39,242 nucleotides of DNA from Acidimicrobiales bacterium (GTDB lineage Bacteria > Actinomycetota > Acidimicrobiia > Acidimicrobiales > VFJN01), in NCBI GenBank assembly GCA_035259985.1, contig DATFVX010000095.1, forward strand, positions 1 through 39,242. Reading direction: 5' to 3'. The notes under the pieces were generated by a model. It searched no databases and was not told the DNA's origin. It saw nothing but the letters and a program-made list of their open reading frames with translations. Both the position numbers and the translations under genes were made by a program. Numbering within the stretch: the stretch's first letter is position 1; every line of letters starts with the position of its first letter. Shown piece after piece: positions 16,522 to 23,955 of the stretch.

Positions 16522-19020
16522 ATGCCTGACGACCCGACCCCTCCCATCGACGACACCAACGGCTCCGGCGACGGCGACGCTGCGGGCGGCCGCCTGGCCG
16601 TCGAGCCCATCGAGATCCAGGAGGAGATGGAGCGCTCCTTCCTGGACTACGCCATGTCGGTCATCACCGCCCGGGCGCTGCCCGACGTGCGGGACGGCCT
16701 CAAGCCGGTGCACCGCCGCATCCTCTGGGGGATGTACGACATCGGCGCACGCCCCGACCGCAGCTGGATGAAGTGCGCTCGCATCACTGGCGACGTGATG
16801 GGTCGCTATCACCCCCACGGGGAGAGCGCCATCTACGACGCGCTGGTGCGCATGGCGCAGGACTTCTCCCTGCGCCACCCGCTGATCGCCGGTCACGGCA
16901 ACTTCGGCACGCCCGACTTCGGACCGGCCGCCTCGAGGTACACCGAGTGTCGGCTCGACCCGCTGTCGATGGACGTCATGCTCGCCGGCATCGACGAGCA
17001 GACCGTCGACATGGCCGACAACTACTCCGGCGAGTTCGAGGAACCCCTCGTCCTACCGGCCCGGTTCCCCAACCTTTTGGTCAACGGGAGCCAGGGCATC
17101 GCCGTCGGCATGGCCACCAACATCCCGCCCCACAACCTGGGCGAGGCGATCGACGCCGTGCTCCACCTGCTCGACCATCCGGAGGCAACGCCCGACGACC
17201 TGATGCAGTTCGTCACCGGGCCGGACTTCCCGACCGGCGGGTTGATCATGGGCCGCGCCGGCATCCTCGATGCGTATCGCACAGGCAAGGGCTCCATCCG
17301 TCTCCGGGCGCGCACCGAGATCGTCGAGGGGACCGGCCGCCAGCGCGATCGCATCGTGGTCACCGAGATGCCGTACCAGGCCTCGATCGTGGCGACCGCC
17401 ACCAAGATCAAGGAACTCGTGGAGAACCGGCAGATCGAGGGGATCGCCGACGTCAACGACGAGTCGGCGGGCGGCGATACCCGCCTGGTCATCGAGCTCA
17501 AGAAGGACGCACCGGCGCTCGTCATCCTCAACAACCTCTTCAAGCACACGCCGCTGCAGACCAACTTCGCGGTCAACACCGTGGCCCTCGTCGACGGCGT
17601 TCCCCGGACGCTCAACCTCGTGCAGCTCCTCCGGGCGTACGTCGACCATCAGGTCGAGGTCATCCGGAGGCGCAGCGAGTTCCGGCTCGACAAGGCGCGG
17701 CGGCGTGCCCACCTGGTCGACGGCCTGCTCAAGGCCATCAACGTCATCGACGATGTGATCGCCCTCATCCGGGCGTCCGAAGACCGGGCCGCAGCCCGCC
17801 AGGGTCTGATGGTCGAGCCGTTCGGGTTCTCCATCGAGCAGGCCGAGCACATCCTCGACATGCGCCTGGGACAGCTCACCCGCCTGGCGCGCATCGACCT
17901 CGAGACCGAGGCGGCCAACCTGCGAGAGACGATCGCCGGCCTCGAGGCCATCCTTGGCGATGACGCCAAGCTCCGGTCCGTGATCAGGGAAGAGCTGCTG
18001 GCGGTCAAGGAGCGGTTCGCCGCGCCCCGCCGTTCCGAGATCACGTTCGACGTCGGCGACATCGACATCGAGGACCTCATCGACGACGAAGAGCTCGTCG
18101 TCACGATGTCGTCGCGGGGCTACGTCAAGACCGTCCCGGCCGACACGTTCCGGGCGCAGGGCCGTGGGGGCCGCGGCGTCGCCGGCGCGAGCCTCCGCGA
18201 CGACGACTACGTCAGCCACATCCTCACGACGACCGCGCACGCCTATTTGCTGTTCTTCTCCAACCGCGGGCGGGTCTACCGGCTGAAGGCGCACGAGATC
18301 CCGCGCAAGGACCGCACGGCGCGGGGCACCGCGATCGTCAACCTCCTGCCGCTCCAGCCCGGCGAGCACATCCAGGCCGTCATCGACACCCGCGACTACG
18401 AGACCAACAGGTTCCTGTTCTTCGCCACCAGGCAGGGGCAGGTCAAGAAGACCAAGTTCAACGAGTACGACTCCTCGTTGCGGAGCGGGCTGATCGCGAT
18501 CAACCTGCGCGACGGCGACGAGCTCGTGAAGGTGATTCCCACCAACGGTGGCGACGACATCTTCATGGTGGCTCGCTCGGGCATGACGATCCGGTTCGGG
18601 GAGGACGATGTGCGGGCGATGGGCCGGGCGGCCGCCGGCGTGCGGGGCATGAAGCTCCGGTCCGGCGACGAGGTCGTGTCGTGCGACGTGGCGCGTGACG
18701 ACGTGTCCCTCCTGATCGTCACCGATGCCGGCTACGGCAAGCGCACCCAGCTCGACAGGTTCAACCCCCAGGGTCGCGGTGGGCAGGGGGTCCGGGGCAT
18801 CAAGCTCACCGCCAAGAAGGGGTTCGTGGTCGCCGCGTTCATGGTGGGCATCGACGCCGAGATCTTCGTGATCTCGTCGGCCGGCACCATCATCCGCACC
18901 GCGGTGCGCGACGTGTCGTCGCAGGGTCGTGATGCGACCGGGGTCCGGGTGATGAACCTCGATGCCGGCCAGAGCGTGGCGGCGGTTGCGCCGGTGCTGG
19001 GCGCCGACTTCCCCGGCTGA
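16522..19020 (+). CDS. gyrA: DNA gyrase subunit A
   Basis: 832 aa. SFLDYAMSVITARALPDVRDGLKPVHRRIL, QRDR region GRYHPHGESAIYDALVRMAQDF, active-site region AASRYTECRL, and C-terminal beta-pinwheel repeats. No intein-sized insertion. Confidence 0.97.
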   Translation: MPDDPTPPIDDTNGSGDGDAAGGRLAVEPIEIQEEMERSFLDYAMSVITARALPDVRDGLKPVHRRILWGMYDIGARPDRSWMKCARITGDVMGRYHPHGESAIYDALVRMAQDFSLRHPLIAGHGNFGTPDFGPAASRYTECRLDPLSMDVMLAGIDEQTVDMADNYSGEFEEPLVLPARFPNLLVNGSQGIAVGMATNIPPHNLGEAIDAVLHLLDHPEATPDDLMQFVTGPDFPTGGLIMGRAGILDAYRTGKGSIRLRARTEIVEGTGRQRDRIVVTEMPYQASIVATATKIKELVENRQIEGIADVNDESAGGDTRLVIELKKDAPALVILNNLFKHTPLQTNFAVNTVALVDGVPRTLNLVQLLRAYVDHQVEVIRRRSEFRLDKARRRAHLVDGLLKAINVIDDVIALIRASEDRAAARQGLMVEPFGFSIEQAEHILDMRLGQLTRLARIDLETEAANLRETIAGLEAILGDDAKLRSVIREELLAVKERFAAPRRSEITFDVGDIDIEDLIDDEELVVTMSSRGYVKTVPADTFRAQGRGGRGVAGASLRDDDYVSHILTTTAHAYLLFFSNRGRVYRLKAHEIPRKDRTARGTAIVNLLPLQPGEHIQAVIDTRDYETNRFLFFATRQGQVKKTKFNEYDSSLRSGLIAINLRDGDELVKVIPTNGGDDIFMVARSGMTIRFGEDDVRAMGRAAAGVRGMKLRSGDEVVSCDVARDDVSLLIVTDAGYGKRTQLDRFNPQGRGGQGVRGIKLTAKKGFVVAAFMVGIDAEIFVISSAGTIIRTAVRDVSSQGRDATGVRVMNLDAGQSVAAVAPVLGADFPG

Positions 19021-19157
19021 CCGGGCGGGCCCTCGCGCCCCCATCCCTCGCCGCGCCGCCATCATCCGCAGGCAGCGGGGCGCTGGCTCCCCCTCTCTGA
19101 CTTCCCCCTCGCGACAGCGACGCCGCGCCTACGGATGCGGCGGGGGAGGTGTGCACG

Positions 19158-19847
19158 GTGTACGGGTTGGGCAGGCGAACGAACGACCGGCGGGGCGGGG
19201 GCGGCCGCGCCGATGCCGGGCAGGTCATTCCGCTGGCTGCGGCAATGGTGGCGTTGTGTTGCGCGGCGCTGCTGGCCCTCGTGCCGGTGGCGGGCGCGCT
19301 CGACGATCGTGCCAGGGCACGAACCGCCGCCGACGCCGCCGCGCTCGCCGGTGCCGCGGACGGTGAGCCGGCGGCGCGGCAGGTGGCCGAGGCCAACGGC
19401 GCCGATCTCCTCGCCATCGAGCGGACGGGCGACGAGGTCGTCGTGCGGGTGCGGGTCGGAGACCTGGATGCGTACGCCCGCGCCCGCGCCACCGGCCGCC
19501 CGGTAGACGGCGGTACCGGCCGCACGGTGGCCGGCGCGGGCGGGCGTCGAGCGGGCCTGGCGCCCGCCATGCTGGCCGCACTGGCGCGTGCCGATGGCGT
19601 CCTGGGCCGCCCGGTCACGGTGGTGTCGGGCCTGCGGACCCGGGCCCAGCAGGCGGGACTGTGGGACAGGCGGGCGTCCAATCCGTATCCCGTCGCACCG
19701 CCGGGCACGTCAGACCACGAACGGGGGTTGGCCATTGACGTACCGCGGTCGGAGGTCGACGACGTGCGTCGCGTGGCGCCCGCATCCGGCCTGTGCCAGC
19801 CGTTGCCGGCGACCGATCCGGTCCACTTCATCGTCTGCGGCGCGTGA
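19158..19847 (+). CDS. Membrane-anchored fusion protein: N-terminal Rv3654c/TadE-like segment + C-terminal LAS/M15 (VanY-type) D,D-peptidase domain
   Basis: 229 aa from GTG 19158, with GGAGG 8 nt upstream; the track start is 19149. The N-terminus has a TM helix plus a TadE-like pattern (VIPLAAAMVALCCAALLAL...ARTAADAAALAGA...ANGADLLAIERTGDEVVVRVRV). The C-terminus reads VTVVSGLRTRAQQAGLW...PVAPPGTSDHERGLAIDV...DPVHF, giving H-x6-D...H zinc ligands. Confidence 0.7.
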   Translation: MYGLGRRTNDRRGGGGRADAGQVIPLAAAMVALCCAALLALVPVAGALDDRARARTAADAAALAGAADGEPAARQVAEANGADLLAIERTGDEVVVRVRVGDLDAYARARATGRPVDGGTGRTVAGAGGRRAGLAPAMLAALARADGVLGRPVTVVSGLRTRAQQAGLWDRRASNPYPVAPPGTSDHERGLAIDVPRSEVDDVRRVAPASGLCQPLPATDPVHFIVCGA

Positions 19848-19918
19848 CCGCGCTTCGTGGTCGGCGTATCATGAAAAAGACCTGGTGGGGCCGCTAGGGC
19901 GCGGAGAACCTCGTGCCG

Positions 19919-19924
19919 TAGACT
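19919..19924 (+). promoter_or_regulatory. Candidate -10 hexamer TAGACT, 7 nt upstream of ATG 19932 (possible leaderless transcript)
   Basis: Read directly. The geometry is identical to TAGACT 23457-23462, which lies 7 nt before ATG 23470. Confidence 0.35.
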
Positions 19925-19931
19925 CCCCGCG

Positions 19932-21068
19932 ATGCCGGTTGACCCGTCCGGAGTGACGACCGACGATCACGGCCAAGGCGGAGGCGGTGCGAAGCAGCAG
20001 CGACCCGAGGAACCGACACCCGGCAACGGTCCGGTCGCAGACGCACGCGCTGGGCTGCCGCCAGTCGCGGGTACCGGCACCCCGAGCGGCGAACCCAACG
20101 GCCACGACGAGGCGGGCCTCCCACCGACGGGCGGCGCGGGAATGACCGACCGCGACCCCGGGGTCGAACGCGGCGCGCAGCGCTATGGCGAGATTCCGCC
20201 GGGCCAGCCGCAGTCACTGTGGTCGACCTTCACACCGGTGGAGCCCGCGCCCGCCAGCCCTCCGACGGACGGCAGGCCGACACGCGCCGCCACCGCACCG
20301 CCGCCGGCCGTCGGCCCCGACGTCGACGCCGACGGCACCGAGCCCTTCGGCGATGGGGCCCAGGACCCCGGGGCCCCTCGGCGACTGGCCAGGCGCGTCC
20401 GTCCACGCCGCTCCCACAAGCCGAAGGCGAGCCGCGGGCTCCGCGTGCGCCAGCGGCTCTGGTCCATCGACCCGTGGTCGGTGTTCAAGGTGTCGGTGCT
20501 GTTCTACATCTGCGTGTGCCTCATCGTCGTGGTGGCGGGCACGCTCCTCTGGAACGTGGGCCGGTCGGTGGGGACGATCGACGACGTCGAGAGCTTCGTC
20601 ACCCGCATGGGGGCCTACGGCACGTGCACCCTCAAGGCCGAGGTGCCGGCGGGGACCGAGTTCGAGGAGGACGACGACTGCGCCGAGGGCGAGGTCCTCG
20701 TGGGTGGGTTCAAGTTCGACGACGGCACGCTGTTCCGCGTGGCCGCCATCGGCGGCGGGATCCTGGTCGTCGCCGGATCGATCGGCAACGTGCTGATGGT
20801 CGTCCTGCTCAACCTCCTCAACGAGCTGACCGGCGGGCTGCGGTACACGATCGTGAAGGAGCCGATCCCCCGCCCGGCGGCCGCCCGGCAGCGCGCCGTT
20901 CGTGGCCCCGGCCAGCGGGCGACCGTGGGGCCCGGTCCGCCACGCCACGCCGCCAAGCAGCGCGCCCCGGCGCCGCCGCCCGTGGTCGACGGCGACGGCG
21001 GCGACCGTGAACAGACCGTCCGCGTGCCGGCAGTAGAGGGTTCGACCGATCGCGACACCCAGGGCTAG
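19932..21068 (+). CDS. DUF3566-family transmembrane protein (Rv0007-like), with long Pro/Gly-rich N-terminal region
   Basis: 378 aa. Conserved core: RVRQRLWSIDPWSVFKVSVLFYICVCLIVVVAGTLLWNV...LFRVAAIGGGILVVAGSIGNVLMVVLLNLLNELTGGLRYTIVKE. It holds the conserved position between gyrA and tRNA-Ile. Confidence 0.85.
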   Translation: MPVDPSGVTTDDHGQGGGGAKQQRPEEPTPGNGPVADARAGLPPVAGTGTPSGEPNGHDEAGLPPTGGAGMTDRDPGVERGAQRYGEIPPGQPQSLWSTFTPVEPAPASPPTDGRPTRAATAPPPAVGPDVDADGTEPFGDGAQDPGAPRRLARRVRPRRSHKPKASRGLRVRQRLWSIDPWSVFKVSVLFYICVCLIVVVAGTLLWNVGRSVGTIDDVESFVTRMGAYGTCTLKAEVPAGTEFEEDDDCAEGEVLVGGFKFDDGTLFRVAAIGGGILVVAGSIGNVLMVVLLNLLNELTGGLRYTIVKEPIPRPAAARQRAVRGPGQRATVGPGPPRHAAKQRAPAPPPVVDGDGGDREQTVRVPAVEGSTDRDTQG

Positions 21069-21085
21069 CCTGGTGCGCCCGCACC

Positions 21086-21159
<74 letters not shown>

Positions 21160-21182
21160 CTTCCACCAGGACGACAGCACCC

Positions 21183-21326
21183 CTGACCAGGGATTTCGTC
21201 CGCAGCGCCGCCTACGAGGGCTGGCCCGTGTTCCCGCTACGCCCGGGCAGCAAGCGTCCCCGCCCGGAGTTCACGGCCTGGAAGTCCCGCGCCACGCCCG
21301 ACTCCGAGCGCATCAACCGATGGTGA
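21183..21326 (+). pseudogene. Remnant of the N-terminus of a bifunctional DNA primase/polymerase (prim-pol) gene, with no start codon and premature termination
   Basis: My translation: ...LTRDFVRSAAYEGWPVFPLRPGSKRPRPEFTAWKSRATPDSERINRW*. The GWPVFPL.PGSK.P......W...AT.D...I..W pattern is the signature N-terminal motif of prim-pol proteins of actinobacterial integrative elements and plasmids. Only about 45 codons remain, beginning 24 nt after the tRNA. Confidence 0.6.
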
Positions 21327-21447
21327 CGCCGGCACCCGACCCGGCCGCCCCCCAAGGCTCGCGAGCCCAGCACCACCGGCACCCGTAGGCCGCCTGACCT
21401 GCCGACACACCGACACCTTCCAGGCCGCTGTGACCGAAGACATGTGG

Positions 21448-21499
21448 TGCAACCACGGTTACTCGACTTATCGTGCGCAACCATGGTTGCACTACTCGA
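21448..21499. promoter_or_regulatory. Two tandem palindromic operator-like sites (GCAACCAYGGTT-ACTCGA), centres 29 bp apart
   Basis: TGCAACCACGGTTACTCGA at 21448-21466 and GCGCAACCATGGTTGCACTACTCGA at 21475-21499. The second contains the perfect 14-bp palindrome GCAACCATGGTTGC (21477-21490). Confidence 0.45.
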
Positions 21500-21511
21500 T
21501 CGGTCACGGAG

Positions 21512-22303
21512 ATGACGCCGGTGACCTCGTTGATCGCCGTGTCCGCAATGCTCGTGATGGTGAGCGTGTTGGAGCGGGTGCCCCGGATGCAGTTCGCGCC
21601 CAGGGGCCTCGCGCGTCCCTTCCTCGCGACCGACGGTGCGTGGTACCTGGTGGCGACCGGGGCGAACCTCATCACGACGTTCGTGTTCCAGCCCGTGCTG
21701 TCGCGCCTGGCGGTGCCGGGCATGTCCGACTCGGTCGCGAGCCTTCCGCTCGTGCCGCGCCTGGTCCTCGGTCTGGTGGTCTACGACGCGGTGGCCTTCC
21801 TGGTCCACGTCGGGATCCATCGCTCGGAGGTCCTGTGGTCGGTCCACAAGGTGCACCATTCGAGCCTGAACCTCGACGCCATGGCGACCACCCGCACGCA
21901 CGTGTTCGAGCACATGATGCGCAACCTGCCGGCCCAGGCGGCGTTGTTCGCCCTGGGGTTCACGGCGCAGGGCGTGGCGTTCGTGCTCTTGGTGTACGCC
22001 TCGTTCGCGCTGGTCGGCCACAGCAACCTGCGGATCGGCAACCGGCGGGTCGAGCTGCTGTTCGTCACGCCCCGGCTGCACCGACTGCACCACGTGCCGG
22101 CGAGCTCGCAGCAGAACTTCGGGACCGTGTTCACGATGTGGGACCGGCTCGCGGGGCGGCTCCTCGTGCGAGACGCGGCGGCGGACGAGCGCACGGGCGT
22201 GCCCGGCGAGGTGGACCTGTACCCGCAGAGGTTCGCGGCCGCCTTCCGGCAACCAGTCCGAGAAGCGAGCCGCCGGCGGTCGCTCAGCCGAGTGGCATCG
22301 TGA
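21512..22303 (+). CDS. Fatty acid hydroxylase / sterol desaturase family integral membrane protein
   Basis: 263 aa from ATG 21512; an alternative GTG at 21473 adds 13 aa. Three His boxes typical of the family are present: HVGIHR, HKVHHSS and HRLHH, plus FGTVFTMWDRL. Several TM segments. Confidence 0.8.
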   Translation: MTPVTSLIAVSAMLVMVSVLERVPRMQFAPRGLARPFLATDGAWYLVATGANLITTFVFQPVLSRLAVPGMSDSVASLPLVPRLVLGLVVYDAVAFLVHVGIHRSEVLWSVHKVHHSSLNLDAMATTRTHVFEHMMRNLPAQAALFALGFTAQGVAFVLLVYASFALVGHSNLRIGNRRVELLFVTPRLHRLHHVPASSQQNFGTVFTMWDRLAGRLLVRDAAADERTGVPGEVDLYPQRFAAAFRQPVREASRRRSLSRVAS

Positions 22304-23433
22304 CCGTCGACCAGGCCGAGCAGGCTCCCGCGGTGCCCGATGTGGCCGAGTTCGAGCGGGCGGGGCTGTACGACCGGGACGCGCCCGATGCCATCGAGCG
22401 CCTGAACCTGCTGCGCGTCGTCGCCGCTCGTGGCGGATCGCTAGCGGACATGGCGGCGGCTCCGGGCGACGACGAGCTGGAGCGGCTTGCCGCGGAGCTG
22501 TTCTTCCTGCCGGCGACCGGCCGGCTGACCCTGGCCGAGCTAGCGGCGTCGGTCGACATCGGCCTCGAGGAACTGGGGCGGATGCTGCGCGCCTGCGGGC
22601 TCCCCATTCGGGCCGCCGTCGACCGCAGCTACTCCACGGCCGACGCCGAGCTCGTCCGGGTGTTCAGGCAGGCGGTCGAGCTGTTCGGTCACGAGGCCAC
22701 TCTCGAGCTGCTCCGGGTGACCGGGGCGGCGATGGAGCACGTCGCCGATGCCGCGATCAGCACGTTCGTCACCACCGCCGGCGCGGCATCGCTGGCTGAC
22801 GACGGTGTGCTGGTCGAGACGACCGAACGGGCCGCCGCGCTTCAGAGCAGGTTCCCGGCGGTCCTCGGGTCGCTGCTCCGTCACCAACTGGTGCGTCTGG
22901 CGCGTCCGAACCGAACCGGGACGCCCACGGACTTCGAGGTGGCCGTGGCGGCGGTCGGGTTCATCGATCTGGTGGGGTTCACGTCGCTCGCAGAGCGGGT
23001 CGATCTCGGCCAGGTCGGGCACCTGCTGTCGAGGTTCGAGGCGCTGGCCAACGACTGCGTGGCGGCGAACGGCGGCCGTGTCGTCAAGTTCGTCGGTGAC
23101 GCCGTGATGTTCCGGTCGGCCACTTTGGCAGACGCGTGTGCCAGCGCTCTCGACCTGGTCGACCGCGTCTCGGACGAGCTCCGTCTCTTCGCTCGTGGCG
23201 GCGTCGCCTCCGGCGATGTACTCGTGCGGACCGGCGACTGCTTCGGTCCGGTGGTCAATCTCGCGGCACGGGTGGCGGGCGTAGCTGAGGCGTCGATGGT
23301 CCTCGCGGGCATGGCTGGACGTGACGTCCTACCCAACGGGCTGGTGGCTACACCGCGGCCGCCGGCGTGGCTGGCCGGCATCGACCATCCCGTGGTGCTC
23401 CACCGGGTGCAGCGCGGATCCGCGGCCGCTTGA
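22300..23433 (+). CDS. Class III adenylate/guanylate cyclase with about 200-aa N-terminal domain of unknown function
   Basis: 377 aa. GTG 22300 overlaps the upstream TGA (GTGA). Catalytic domain: VAAVGFIDLVGFTSLAE...GGRVVKFVGDAVMF...ARGGVASGDVLVRTGDCFGPVVNLAARV. Both metal-binding Asp residues and the Asn/Arg transition-state pair are present. The first 290 aa of the 667-aa track ORF overlap the hydroxylase gene in another frame. Confidence 0.85.
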   Translation: MTVDQAEQAPAVPDVAEFERAGLYDRDAPDAIERLNLLRVVAARGGSLADMAAAPGDDELERLAAELFFLPATGRLTLAELAASVDIGLEELGRMLRACGLPIRAAVDRSYSTADAELVRVFRQAVELFGHEATLELLRVTGAAMEHVADAAISTFVTTAGAASLADDGVLVETTERAAALQSRFPAVLGSLLRHQLVRLARPNRTGTPTDFEVAVAAVGFIDLVGFTSLAERVDLGQVGHLLSRFEALANDCVAANGGRVVKFVGDAVMFRSATLADACASALDLVDRVSDELRLFARGGVASGDVLVRTGDCFGPVVNLAARVAGVAEASMVLAGMAGRDVLPNGLVATPRPPAWLAGIDHPVVLHRVQRGSAAA

Positions 23434-23456
23434 TGAAACCACGGTTCCACTGTCCC

Positions 23457-23462
23457 TAGACT
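23457..23462 (+). promoter_or_regulatory. Candidate -10 hexamer TAGACT, 7 nt upstream of ATG 23470 (possible leaderless transcript)
   Basis: Read directly in the 36-bp spacer between the cyclase stop and the ChrB-like start. Confidence 0.35.
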
Positions 23463-23469
23463 CGGAAAC

Positions 23470-23955
23470 ATGCCCGAGTCGCTCGAATGGGCCCTCCTCG
23501 CGTATCGACTTCCCCGCGAGCCGTCCACGCCGAGGATCGCCGTATGGCGCAAGCTGCGCCGGCTCGGGGCGGTGCAGCTGGTCGACGGCCTGGTCGCCCT
23601 TCCGGCGACCGCCCGGAACCGGGAGCAGCTCGACTGGATCGCCGATGAGGTGGTGGACGCCGCCGGTGAAGCGTGGACCTGGACGGCTGTCCCGGGATCG
23701 AAGCACCAGCAGCAGTTGTTGGCGGCACGGATGAGCGCGGCGGCGGCCGAGGACTACGAGGCGGTCCTGGCGGAGGCCGAGGAACTCGCCGCCGACGGCA
23801 CGCCGCCCCGCCGGTCGGTCGAGCGGCTCCGGCGCGAGCTCCGCAAGATCGAGGACCGGGATCACTTCAAGCCAGCGGTCCGGGACCGCGCTCACCGTGC
23901 CGTGCGGGCCCTCGATCCGGACAGGGCGTCCGACAAGGAGGCCTCCGTCCAGTGA
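23470..23955 (+). CDS. ChrB-like protein, N-terminal-domain half
   Basis: 161 aa. WALLAYRLPREPSTPRIAVWRKLRRLGAVQLVDGLVALP matches the characteristic ChrB N-terminal pattern. Confidence 0.65.
   Translation: MPESLEWALLAYRLPREPSTPRIAVWRKLRRLGAVQLVDGLVALPATARNREQLDWIADEVVDAAGEAWTWTAVPGSKHQQQLLAARMSAAAAEDYEAVLAEAEELAADGTPPRRSVERLRRELRKIEDRDHFKPAVRDRAHRAVRALDPDRASDKEASVQ

Noticed and set aside
14398-19065. 832-aa and 670-aa minus-strand ORFs mirroring gyrB and gyrA
   Set aside because: They lie antisense to the gyrase genes, carry no motifs, and have a composition dominated by V/D/G/R/A from the reverse complement of GC3-rich codons.
19021-19157. Possible terminator or small RNA in the pyrimidine-rich gyrA 3' spacer
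   Set aside because: I could find no convincing stem-loop or U-tract by eye, only short GC-rich imperfect complementarity.
21160-21480. Expected tRNA-Ala following tRNA-Ile (the usual actinobacterial arrangement)
   Set aside because: I looked for a second GGGGC..TAGCTCAG-type acceptor/D-arm and a T-loop GGTTCGA downstream of tRNA-Ile and found none. I report only its absence.
21212-22252. 346-aa minus-strand ORF covering the prim-pol relic and the hydroxylase gene
   Set aside because: It lies antisense to a gene with clear His-box motifs, and its His/Arg/Pro-rich composition gives no family signal.
21430-23433. 667-aa ORF suggesting a much larger cyclase
   Set aside because: The N-terminal 290 aa overlap the hydroxylase gene in another frame and are Arg/Gly/Pro-rich. 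GTG 22300 forms a GTGA overlap with the upstream stop, and protein-like sequence begins there.
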